63,482 nt of DNA from assembly GCA_000934665.2 (NCBI GenBank), contig JYFJ02000533.1, forward strand, positions 62,001-125,482, given 5' to 3'. The notes under the pieces were generated by a model. That model saw nothing but the letters and a program-made list of their open reading frames with translations. It was not told where the DNA came from and made no database searches. Made by a program: the position numbers and the translations under genes. The stretch is from Catajapyx aquilonaris. Lineage: Eukaryota. Of the stretch, positions 15,488-27,010 are shown piece after piece (within the stretch, counting starts at the first letter, position 1; every line of letters begins with the position of its first letter).

Positions 15488-18400
15488 ATGGATTCTGAGG
15501 AAGAGACGGTGCAGGGAAAGAAGAGGAAGCTGCAGGTATTGACAGTGGCTTGTGTCACGGTGGCGGGCAATGCGTGGATTTCGTGATGGTCGGCTCTTAG
15601 TTAAAGACTGAAGGTCAAATTTTCGCCCCACTGGTAGTTACTGCTAACTTAGCAGTTCCATTGCCAACACTGGCACTGCTAGCAGTAACTAGCAGCAGGA
15701 CGAAAATTCACCCCTTAGTTAAAAACTCTTAGTTAAAAGACTTCGGGTGGAATTTTCGTCCCAACTGCTCGTTACTGCTGACTTAGCAGTACCATTGCCA
15801 ACACTGGTAGTGATAAGTTAGCAGTAACTAGCAGTGGGACGGAAATTCCACCCTGAGTTAATGACAAGGTCAAATTTTCATGTCACTGCTAGTTACTGCC
15901 AACGTAGCAGTACCATTGCCAACACTGCCACTGCTAAGTTAGTAGTAACCAGAAGTGGGACAAAAATTCAACCCTTAGTTAAAAACTCTTAGTTAAAAGA
16001 CTTTGGGTGGAATTTTTGTCCCAACTGCTCATTACTGCTGCAGTACCATTGCCAACACTGGTGGTGATAAGTTAGCAGTAACTAGCAGTGGGACGAAAAT
16101 TCCACCCTGAGTTAATGACAAGGTCAAATTTTTATGTCACTGCTAGTTACTGCCAACGTAGCAGTACCATTGCCAACACTGGCACTGCTAAGTTAGTAGT
16201 AACTAGCAGTGGGATGGAAATTCAACCCTTATAGTTAAAAACTCTTAGTAAGACTCGTCGTTAAAGAGTTAGGGAGGATTTTTCGTCCCACTGCTAGTTA
16301 CTGCTATCTTTAGCAGTGCCAGTGTTGGCAGTGGTACTGCTAATTTAGCTGTGGGTAGCAGTAACTAGCAGTGGGACGAAATATCCACCCTTAGTTAAAG
16401 ACTCTTAAAAGAATTTAAGGTCAAATTTTCGTCCCACTGCTAGTTACTGCTAATTTAGCAGTACTGTTGCCAACACTGGTAAGTTATCAGTAACTAGCAG
16501 TGGGACGAAAATTCAACCCTCAGCTAAAAACTGTCAGTAAGACTCTTCGTTAAAGAGTTACGGTGGATTTTTCGTCCCACTGCTAGTTACTGCTACCCAC
16601 TGCTAACTTAGCAGTACGCCACAGCCAACACTGGAACTGTTAGTGGTTAGTGGGACTAAGTTAGTGGGACAAAATTCTACCCTTAGTTAAAACCTAAGTG
16701 AAAGACTTAGATTTCATGCCATTGTGCAACAGGAATTAATTTTAATGGTACAGTATTAGTACTTGAAGTTATTTTTAATTACTGGCAGGCATACCTGAGC
16801 TAGAAGATCCTCCGTATTAACATGAGATAAGATGATCAGGTTGTGTCTTGGCATTGCTGACCTTAGCAAGCAAATAGTGGGCCAGATGTAGAGCCGATCC
16901 GGTTTTCTTGGTGCGGTGCAACTGGAATGATTTGTCTGCTTGCAAACAATTGATAAGAGTGATAAACCTATGAATTATCATAGACCTGCTATGGTTCAAT
17001 GAGTTCCTACTGGGCATTCCGCGTACGAAGCTGTGTAAGTTGCAGTGTAAATGCAAGCAGGTATTGAAAGTGCTGAATTTGCGATTTGATTACTCTAGAT
17101 TAGCATATATCAGTAAGTAAGAGTTTTGCTTGTCATTTTATCAATTTAGTGACATAATTGCTGAATTCAGAATAAGCTGTAGACTACTTAATCATAGAAG
17201 TTTGGTCATAGAAGATTGTGGTAAGAAATTGCAATCCTCTGACTGCTTGTAATGATGGGTTACGAGGTTAATGTACCAATTTTTATTGTAATACTGTATT
17301 GAATTAGCGTGCAGTTTATACATGAAACAGGATTGACCTTGAGATTTTTTTACTTGATTTCTCACAAACATGCCAACTCTTAACAGTACGAAAGCTTGCA
17401 TTACAGAGAAGAAATGTGCTACCGGTGTCTACTTTGATAATTACTGGAACCAGCTGCATGAATCCATGGTTCAGAATTTGTCATTTACGAACTTGAAGAT
17501 GATACGCTAATAGGCTTTTTCGTAGCATTGAGCAGAATGCTGTCATAAAGTGGTGTATGATACATTTTAACACATGACATTAGCTTTAATGATGAGTACA
17601 GTTATTTTTTTGAAGCAGAAGCTAATAAATCAATGCAGTCTCCGATTCTCTTGATGACTACATGTGCTTTCGTTGACAGGCCCTTGCCAGTGATGAGGGT
17701 TCTGAAGAGGAAAACTCAGCGGAAGGAAGTTCAGGAGAGGAGAGTTCTGAAGAGGAAAGCTCTGCAGATGAGAGCATGACAGATGCAAATAATCCTGCCA
17801 TCAACGTAGATGAATCAAGTGATGACGAATCATACAATGGTAAGTGTATGGATATAAATGAAATTGCATTTTTATATTTGTTACTTGTACAGGTGAGGAT
17901 AAAGAGGAAGGGGACGTTTCTGAAGAGGATTCATCTGGCTCCGAATCATGGGAGAGTGAGGGAGAAGTAGTAGAGGAGGAGGAAGAGGAAGGAGAAGGAG
18001 AAGAAGAAGGCGGAATTCAAGAGTCTCAGCCTAAAGCAAATGATGACGCAGAGGCCTCAGATTTTAGTGACGGAGAATCTGAAAAATGCCCAATTTGCTT
18101 GCTTCCATTCGTCAGTCAAGAGATAGGAAGTCCTGAATTATGCGATCACAGCTTTTGCCTGGATTGCATACAGGAGTGGTCAAATGTGAGTTGAGACATT
18201 TGTTGTGGTGTGAGTTTCCGTAAAGAAGTTATGGTGGCGTGGACAATGATCTTGCAATACATGGTGGAGATTATGTATGGCATGGTCAGTGTTTTTTAGA
18301 TGATGTTTGGTCATTTATTAATTATTCTAGAGAACATAAAGATTATTATTTTTCTTGAAGATCTTCTACACTGAATGTTGGGTTGAATAATAGGTCATAC

Positions 18401-21400
18401 ATAATAGCCTCATGCCAGTATCAGTTCTTTGGCACAAAGCCATTTAGTGGCCAAGTGACATGTGAGCCAGCTGCCACATATTTATTGTTACTTAGGACTT
18501 TTCATTGCAATTTGCGAAGAGTATAGTTGGAAAATGGGAACTAAAGAAATGAGGAAGGACTTACTGTGCTTTATTGTCCAGTGTAAAGCCTCAATTTGTA
18601 AGTTGAAATGAGGCATAGAAAGCACCTGTATCTACTTAATTATGCAGTTAAACAGCTTATATTAATCACTCTGTACCTCAATTATTCACTATGCTGAACA
18701 AGTTCCCATTATATGCAACAGAAAATTCCTTGGAAATTACCAAGACCGAAGAAAATTTCTGCCAAGAACAAGCTTGTCCAGGCTCTGTTATAACATGGAT
18801 TTGTTGTAGTTTGTAACTATAGGAATGATATTGAGTGCCATTGTTTCCAATGATTAATCTCCAATCCATTGCATTTGTAGAATGTGAACACATGTCCAAT
18901 AGACCGTCAGCCGTTCTCCCTGATCCTGGTACGCAAGAAGCTAGATGGTCAGGTGTCCCGTACTATCCCAGTGGAGCCTAAACCTGCAAAGGGTCAAGAG
19001 GAGGAAGTAGATGCAGACCCCACCTTTTGTGAGGTGTGTGGCGAGAGCAATCGGGAGGAGAGGTTGCTTCTGTGTGATTGCTGTGACTTGGGCTTCCACA
19101 TGGAATGCTTGGAGCCCCCGTTGGACGCAGTGCCCCTGGAGGAGTGGTTCTGCCCTGACTGTGCTCCCAACCGAAGCACCATGGCAGAGGCTGCTGACCT
19201 GGAGCCTGGAGAGCTGCATGCCCTTCTTGACGATGCCCCAGCATTGAATCTTTCCTCTTTTAGGACAGGAAGGACCATAGGTCAGAGAGTTATTGCACGC
19301 CGGATGATGCCTCGCACCAGACAGACAGAAAGGCTTAGGGAAAGGATAGAAAGAAGTAGAAGGCAGCGGCCGATGATGTTTCTGGGCCAGCCACAGGTAT
19401 GCCTTGTACTTTGTAATGAAAGTCACATTTGTATTATTAGAAACGTCATGTATACATGCAAGTTCTTGTTTGCCTCCTGAGGAGGAAATGAGAGAGGGCC
19501 AAGTTGATAACACCTCTTCTGCAAATCTAACAGTAATTTTCTGATAAACAATATTGTGCATATTTTACACCAAAAATATTCAGAAGATACTACACCGGTT
19601 ACTATCTGCTAAATACCTTTCCTGAACCATTCCTGAGAATTAACGATTTTTTGTTGTTGTCAAAACGTATGTTCGTGCAAGTAAGATATTTATGCATTGC
19701 TTATTGTTTTCCAATAGACATCATCTCCTGATTTTGGGGAGAGTTCGAGCAGCCAGTATGGCACTCAAGCTGCAGCTGTAAACAGCAGGAGTGTTGGTGG
19801 AACAACGAAGAGGAAGGGAATTGCCACCAAGAAGAGAAAAACTGTTAGAAAGAGGAAGACTACTCGTAAGCGGAAGACTACCAAGAAGAGGAAGACCACC
19901 ACTGGGAAGAAAACGACGACAAAGAAGAGGGGCAAGACGAGAAGGAAGAAGACAACCAGACGCAAGAAGAAAGGAGGAGTGGGCAAGAGGAGAGCGAAAA
20001 CTCGCTCCAGGGCTGCAACTGCCCCTGTCCCGAAGACTACTCCAAAGACTCGCTTGGCCCAGCAACTAAAGATCAAGGCCCCCAAGCCATGGCAGTTGGT
20101 ACCCCAAATGAAGGGCAGCCAGCAGCCAGTCTCGGGTGGAAATCTAGGCTTCCAGAGGTACAGGGCAGGAATACCCACCCTCAGGCTCTTTGGTGCAAGA
20201 AATGAGCTGGACTACGTCTCCTCAGGGTGAGCTTATTCGTACATCTGCAAGTTTTTGTGTGCCACGGGCGCAATAACAGAAGCCCACTTAACGTATAATT
20301 TATTTGTCAGTGTTATTAAATGACTGGGCAAAAATCTAAGATTAATGGTATTCACATTGATTGGACCCTACTGAAATAGCTGATGTGATGGTTGAACTTG
20401 AGATTTGAATCTGGTGTTAATTTTTTTTGCAGGAACGAGGACGAGGGCAACGGGGATGTGGCAACAATGCGTGTGCCCCGGACATCCAGCCTGTCCCGCA
20501 TCAATCGCTCAAAGGAAATAATCCTGCCTGATATGGAATCGCCTGTTGCTGAACGACCGCCAGCATGTGACTTACTATCAACCATTCTGACCAACCAGTC
20601 TGCCCTGCTGACAAAATCTAGGCGGAGTTCTTCCCAGGACTCCCAGAATGGTTGTATTGGGCGGCAGAACCCGCTCGCAGCAACTGGTGAGACTGGCAGC
20701 AGCAACCCGAATGGAAATCCACCTAATCACGGCAGTACTGAGCCTGGAAAATCTGGAAATGGAAGTGACTCAGGAGGAGCTCTTGTTCCGCCCTATCCGC
20801 CGCCACCTCTGTTGGGACCCTTTCCATTCCCACCCCCTGGATATCACGGTGATCCCCAGGGAAGCCAGGCGTATGCGTCGTACTTGAGGGAAAATCCGGA
20901 GCACTCTGGATTCTGTGTAATCAAGCCCAATCAGAAAAAGGGGAAGAAGGACAAGAAGGAGGAAATGGATGAAGAGGATGATGTAGACATATACAGTGAT
21001 ATCGAGCCTGGTACGGAAGCACTTCCAGACAGTGATCCAGATTTTCGGCCAGAGACGGGTCCTCCAGAAGAGGCTCCCCAGGATGATAAGGATCCGGAAA
21101 GTGATGGTGACCTGGTAATCGATGACAGCTTCGAACTAAGCGAGCTAGACCAAGATGAATCCGGGAAGTATGACCCGGAGCAGCCTTCCGAGAGCCCAGA
21201 GCCTACTGCAGATCAGCCAGAAGATGATGTTCCAGATCAGCCTACTTCAGATGGTGCAGACCAGGATAATTCACCACTTCCAGCTCCACCCCTTCCACCC
21301 CCTGCATTGTACGAGGGGATTCCAGGGATGGCCCCATTTGTCCGACCACCACTAATGGGTGGCTCTCATGAGAATATTCGGAGAGCATTTATTCCGTTTT

Positions 21401-24400
21401 CAGTCCAGAGGGTATCAAGGTTGGGTGGCCGTGATCGTCTGGAACGTTCTCGGATGCTGCTGTCGGCTGGGAAGAACCGAAAAGTTCGTCCTGCACGTCA
21501 GCAGTCAACCCCAAAGAAGGAAGGCCTGGATGAGGAGGAGGAGGAGGATGAAACTTCTGCAGATATCCCAGAAGTAGACAGCCAGGACCTGGATAACATT
21601 CCCGAACCCACTGGCAAAGCCCCTGAACCTGCAGTGCAATCTCAGACACGTAGTCCTGACCCAGAATCCATCCCAGTTCCTGATTCTGCCCCAGTTGAAG
21701 ATTCTACTCCAGTTGCTGAGGCCCGCCCGAGGCAACAGCTGATGCAGGAAATATTTGGCTCAGACGACGAAAACAGCCCCAGTGTCCCAGGTCCAGAATC
21801 TGTTGCAACAACTGAGGAGCAGGAGCAGAGGTCTCCAGTTCAGGAAGAGCCACGGGTGGTGCACCTCTCTGGTCTGGAGGGGCTGGAAACAGAGACAATC
21901 TCAGAAGGCGAAGAAGCTAACTTTGACGAAACCTGCGACATGGAGGACAACATTGAGGAGGGTGAGATTCCTAATGAAAAGAAGTCCGATGAGCCACGCC
22001 GAACAGTGATAGAAGTATCACCAGAGCGTCGCCATTCAAGTCTCCATGCAGGCCACCATCCAGGGACAGGCGAATATGAGGAAGGGGAGATTGTGGAGGA
22101 GGGTGGGAAAATCAGGAAGAAAAAGGAGCCTGTAAAAGTGGTGGCCGTCAAAGAACAAGATGAGAACTTGAAAAAGGAAGAGAGTGAGCCTGTGAAGAAA
22201 ACACCTGCACCAAAGAAGGATGTTCTCTCCAGTTCGGAAAACAAGAAAAGCGACACGTCACATATATCATGGAAGAAGCCTAAGCATTCAAAAGAGCGGA
22301 ATTATCGTGATGGGAAGAGGAAGGAAGACTCTGACTACTTCAAAGAACGCAGGGACACCTCAGATTACTTCAAGGAGCGGAAAGAGACTCCTCGGTCTAG
22401 GGAACGTGATCGGAAGAAGGAGAAACGGAAAGAATTGGAACGATATGATGTTAGAAAAGTAGTTGGGGAGAGGTCAAGCTCAACTACTGTAAACCCCCGA
22501 GATAAATTTGGTCGTGATGTATCACGTGAACGGTCTTCATCACCCAGGAGAAGGCGGCGGTCAGCCAGATCACGATCCAGGTCACCAGTCAAGTCACGTT
22601 CCAGGTCACGAGTGAAGTCTCGCTCCAGATCACGGCTTCGGTCCCATTCCAGATCAAGGTTATCCAGATCATGGTCATGGAGCCCATCCCGTTCTCGGTC
22701 TCGTGAAAGGTCACGTGGGAGGTCGCGTGGCCGATCGCCAGTTGTTCGCCAGCACTATCGACAAGTTGAGAAGCATGAAAAACCTCGGCGGGTGGTTGTC
22801 ACTGACAAACGGAAGAAATTACGAAGGAGTCCAGTTAGGAAAACTCCTCCGCCAGTGAAGCGCAAGCCCGAGAAAAAGAAGAAGGAGAGTAAAAGTGAAG
22901 TGGATAAAAAGCGCAAAAAGAAGAAAAGAGTGAAATCACCTCCCCCTTCAAAAGAGATATATGCAGCTGGTGACAACATTGTGGTGAATGTTAACTTTGG
23001 GAAGGTGAAGCCACCGGTAAAGGAGCCTAAGAAGCGCAAGGCAACTGAAGCCATGCACATTGGACCCATCGAACCGAAGAAGAAACGAATTAAAGCGCCT
23101 AAGAAAGCTGGAGGAAAAGAAAAAGCGCCACCACCTGCTTTTGTCCCGCAGCGAAGGCCAGTGATAATTGACCTTGAAATGTCACCATTCAGGGAGTATG
23201 TGCCGTCGCCATTACCAGTTATTACAGTAAGTGATAGTGAAGAGGAAAAGCTTGCTGAAGACAGCAATGCGACAGACAATGTAGCTGCAGATGATGGTGC
23301 ATGTGCATCACCATGGTCGCCAGGACAATCACCTCCACAGTCTCTACCGAAGGCTAGGCCGAAAACACCACCGGAACCCTCAGTGAAGTTCGTGATTCCA
23401 ACTAAGCCAGTTTTGAGGCTGATACCAAATATACTTCAAGAGGAGGAAGAGGAAGAGGAAGAAGAGGAGGAGGAGGCTGTGCAGAACGATGCACCTGCAA
23501 TGGAGCCTGCAATGTCACCAACAACGACTGATACTCCCCCAGTCACAACGACAGTGACACCCCCCACTGCTGCACCCCCAGCAGTTGTTGTGCCACCACC
23601 GAGTCATCACTACCATTGCCACCATCACAGGCACTCACCAAAGGGGCCATCTACACCACCCGAACCTCCTATAGAAGCTGAGCCAGTGCATCACCATCAG
23701 CGGAGAATGTCACCTCAGCAGTCGCCTCACAATAGCTCATACTCATTAAACTCGCTACCACCATCGTCACTGCCATCTCCGTGCACACCTCCATCACCCA
23801 CACCTCCTTCACCTGCACCACCAGCGACAATGTCAGCAGTAAGGGTACCACGAACACCACCATTGTCACCACAACCACCTTCCGACCAAGACACATACGA
23901 CCCGTTCAATCCAACCAAGTCACCATCACCACCACCTGTGACATCGGCTTCACCAACCATGTCATCATCAGCACCGTCAACAGCTTCGTCTTTGTCTCCT
24001 CCACATGCAGCGACACCCACTTCACCATCACCAATGCCATCTCAGTCACCCAAGAAGTCCGACATGCAAGATAGCATCACTGGTGATGGTGAAGGAGCTG
24101 CATTATCACCAGCAGTGTCACCAGATCAATCTGAACCCCTACTGTCACCGGTCTCTGCACCAGAACCACCTTCACTGGTCCCTGAAGTGACAGCAACAGT
24201 GGTAACAACCACACCCACCACTACCACCACCACCACAACAGTTGCAGCACCTGTGTCACTAACATCCCCAATAGTGACTATTCCAACAATTCCTGTGCTT
24301 CAAAGACCACCATTACTAACTGGTGTTTTAGCTTCAGTGTTGTGCACACCATTAGGGCAAAACCTTCTGGCACCTTCACCAGTGACTCCCTTAGCACCAT

Positions 24401-25396
24401 TTATACCTAGGCCTGTGTCAGTGGCACCAGGGTTGACATCACTAGTGACAATGGCACGGGCCAAACCAGTGACGTCAGTGGTTCCGGTGACGCAAAATGG
24501 TTCATCATCTGCCGAAGTTGTAGACATGGATTTAGACTCGCCCTATTCCCCAGCAAGCAGTGAGAACAGTGACTTGTTTGAACCGCCAGGGTCAGCTCCT
24601 GCTACCCAGACTTCCGGTGACTCAGGCCCAAAGGCATCACAGTCACAGGTGCAATCACAGAGTGTAAAATCTTCCTCCAAAGGAAAGGAAAAGTTTGACT
24701 CGCTGTTTGGACAATCACCCAACCGAAAGCCAAAACCGTTGGTCGCACCACAGAAACCAGTGGTCAAGGCATTCAACAAGCACATGATGGCTCCAAGCAA
24801 ACCTACGAAACATGGAAGGCATGGAAAGTCAAAAGGTAAATCTCGTTAACCCCTTCTGGAGGTGGGTTAGTTAATCAGGCTAATATTTACAGGAGGGAAG
24901 AAAGAGATCACTATCCGACTGGACGAGGACCAGCTCAAGATTATGGAAGAGCTGCCTAGTTCAGCGGTGGAGATGCAGGTGAAAGAAAAGGTGAGAGCTT
25001 TCATTAGGTCGGATGATAGGTTCTCCAAATTGATCATCTAACCCTGCGTAACTAACTCTCGTTCACAGTTCCTGAAAAAGCTGAACCGCCAGGAGAGAGT
25101 GGTAGAGGAAGTTAAGCTGGTTTTAAAACCACACTACAACAAGAAGCATATAACGAAAGACGAGTACAAGGAAATCATGAGGAGAGCTGTACCCAAGGCA
25201 GGTATCCAGTAAAAAAAACATTGCAATGACAAGAAACTAATGACGTGTTATAACGCAGATATGTCACAACAAGTCTGGAGAGATCAACCCAACCAAGGTC
25301 CGGAACCTGGTTGAAGCTTATGTGAAAAAGATGCGGTACCAGAAGAAGAAAGGTGGAAAAGGCTTACCTAGTGGTACAGGAAAGTTCAAGTTATAG
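15488..25396 (+). CDS. PHRF1: PHD and RING finger domain-containing protein 1 (PHRF1/SCAF11 family), multi-exon with a ~4.4 kb exon
   Basis: RING (CPICLLPF...[23 protein letters not shown]), PHD ([28 protein letters not shown]...WFCPDC), an RS-rich region, and a C-terminal domain [20 protein letters not shown]...[14 protein letters not shown]. Confidence 0.92.
15597..16692. repeat. Tandem array of eight ~110-bp palindromic (MITE-like) units in PHRF1 intron 1
   Basis: Each unit has arms of about (A)GGGTGGAATTTTCGTCCCACTGCTAGTTACTGCTAACTTAGCAGT around a core ACCATTGCCAACACTGG. Units start near 15611, 15745, 15866, 16005, 16120, 16271, 16417 and 16560, separated by TTA/TAA-rich linkers. Confidence 0.9.
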
Positions 25397-25900
25397 TGGC
25401 GTTTATCATGACAACAATGGACAAGAAATTGACTTGGTTTGATCAAGTGATCCTGATCAAGTGAAGACGATCCTGTCTTTTTCAGGTTTTATTTCGAGCG
25501 ATCAATTCGCACATTCACACACATGCCCCCCTCTCCCCAGCATCACTAATTATGATCGTGAAACACCAAACTTTGTGCTTAGCTAATTAGTTGATAGAGT
25601 CTTGTGCTCCCTGAAACAAAAATTGTTTAAAAGATGTGAATGTTGTGGGGATAATTGACTATCATAGATATTTGTGAAAGAATGGTGAACAGGTGTGTAT
25701 ATTTAGAAACTTTTTTTGATTAAAAATGATATAAATGCGTGCTGAATAAGGGAAGATATGTGGCCATCTAATGGAAACTTGATTTTTTCTTTTTCTGCAT
25801 GAAGAGTGGTCTTAAAATAAAAGGTATATTATGACTGCATTGTAAAAAAATGTGATGATAATTTTTAAATCGTCCCAAAACCCTGCGTTCGACTACTCAT

Positions 25901-26217
25901 TGTACATTTTGTAACGATAAGGCCAAGTCTGATTTAGTCAGTTTTTATTTGGTTCAAAACACACTGCAAACATTGCGTCATCAAAAGGTTTAAAACACAA
26001 GAATGTACTATATACGCCAAATTGTTTCATACTTCTGGGGTATGAAACAATTTGTCGTATATAGCACTATACCTATGTGTACGACAAATTGTTTCATACC
26101 CCGGGGGTATGAAACAATTTGGCGTATACAGTACACCTGAAACCTAACGCATAAAAATTATTCGAAACTTTTTTTCAGCTAACAGAAACAAAACCAGATC
26201 ACTCCTCCGTGAGGGCA
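25901..26217. repeat. Left copy of a 191-bp direct duplication (cathepsin D 3' end and 3' UTR), interrupted by a 126-bp insertion
   Basis: Aligns colinearly with 33189-33379 from TGTACATTTTGT to GTGAGGGCA. The length is 317 = 191 + 126. Confidence 0.95.
26009..26130. mobile_element. 122-bp double-hairpin MITE-like insertion with TA (or GTAC) target duplication
   Basis: Absent from the paralogous empty site at 33293 (GAATGTACACCTG). Ends are TATATACGCCAAATTGTTTCATAC...GTATGAAACAATTTGGCGTATACA, and GTAC occurs on both sides. Confidence 0.85.
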
Positions 26218-26268
26218 GAGAGCATACTGATACCACAAAGGAATTGTTCTAAATAAAAGTATTCGCAG

Positions 26269-26765
26269 GCTTTGGAGTGGATCAGCTGAGAGGTGATTGC
26301 CTGGACACATACTGGCAGTCAGACAGGCAGCTTCCGCATCTGGTGAACATCCCGGTACAAGACTACGTTTCAGGACGTTCGTATCTGCACGTACTATAAG
26401 CTAGATGAGAGCTACACGTCCAGCAGGATATCCATCAGGACCGGAACTCATTCCAATGATCTGTAGGAGATTGAAGTCGTCAAGGTCAATGAGCCGTCCG
26501 GATGGGTCCAGGTTTGCGGCACATGTCCCGTCTTTTACGATTCGTAACGATCTTTTTATATTCAGGTTCTGCTGCAGAATCTGCATGATAAGCCCTTGAG
26601 GACTTTCATGCTTCAACTAGCAGTGGTGACGAACCACCAGAAAGGAAGGGACACCCACCTGAGACAGGTTAAAGTTCATGCCCCAGCCTGTGACCAGCCA
26701 GTGTCCGTGTTGAAAATGGGGAACTTTGTGACAGTTGCAATTCCAGCAGTTCACTTGCATACTGT
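26269..26765 (+). pseudogene. ANAPC10: 5'-truncated, intron-containing ANAPC10 (APC10/DOC1) pseudogene
   Basis: GFGVDQLRGDCLDTYWQSDRQLPHLVNI, a frameshift at ~26352, then YKLDESYTSSRISIRTGTHSNDL*EIEVVKVNEPSGWV with TAG at 26464-26466. A 54-bp intron (26512-26565) follows, then [27 protein letters not shown] and a probable second frameshift at ~26741. Confidence 0.9.
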
Positions 26766-27010
26766 GGTCTATTTCTTCCCCCACCAAGACTTGACTGCCT
26801 ATTTGAGGAAAATTGCTTGAGAACATTGTATTGTGGGCCAATAAAGTAACATAAAAATGCACATTTGCTACGAGTATCATTTGTATGGGTGGTAAATGAT
26901 TTTGACTGAACCTAACAATATGGTGCAACAATTTCCAGTTGTGTATATCATCTGCGGTTGCTACCCTTTGTTGATCTCAACCTGTGAATTATTTACTGCT
27001 TGATGGAAGA

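Noticed and set aside
15597..16692. CRISPR-like repeat/spacer array
   Set aside because: The context is a eukaryotic intron, units are ~110 bp, linkers recur rather than being unique spacers, and there are no cas genes.
20352..24800. Many antisense and alternative-frame ORFs over the large PHRF1 exon
   Set aside because: They are shadows of low-complexity Pro/Ser/Glu/Arg coding sequence.
26464..26466. Stop-codon readthrough or recoding of ANAPC10
   Set aside because: The stop co-occurs with frameshifts and loss of 5' exons, so pseudogenisation is the simpler explanation.
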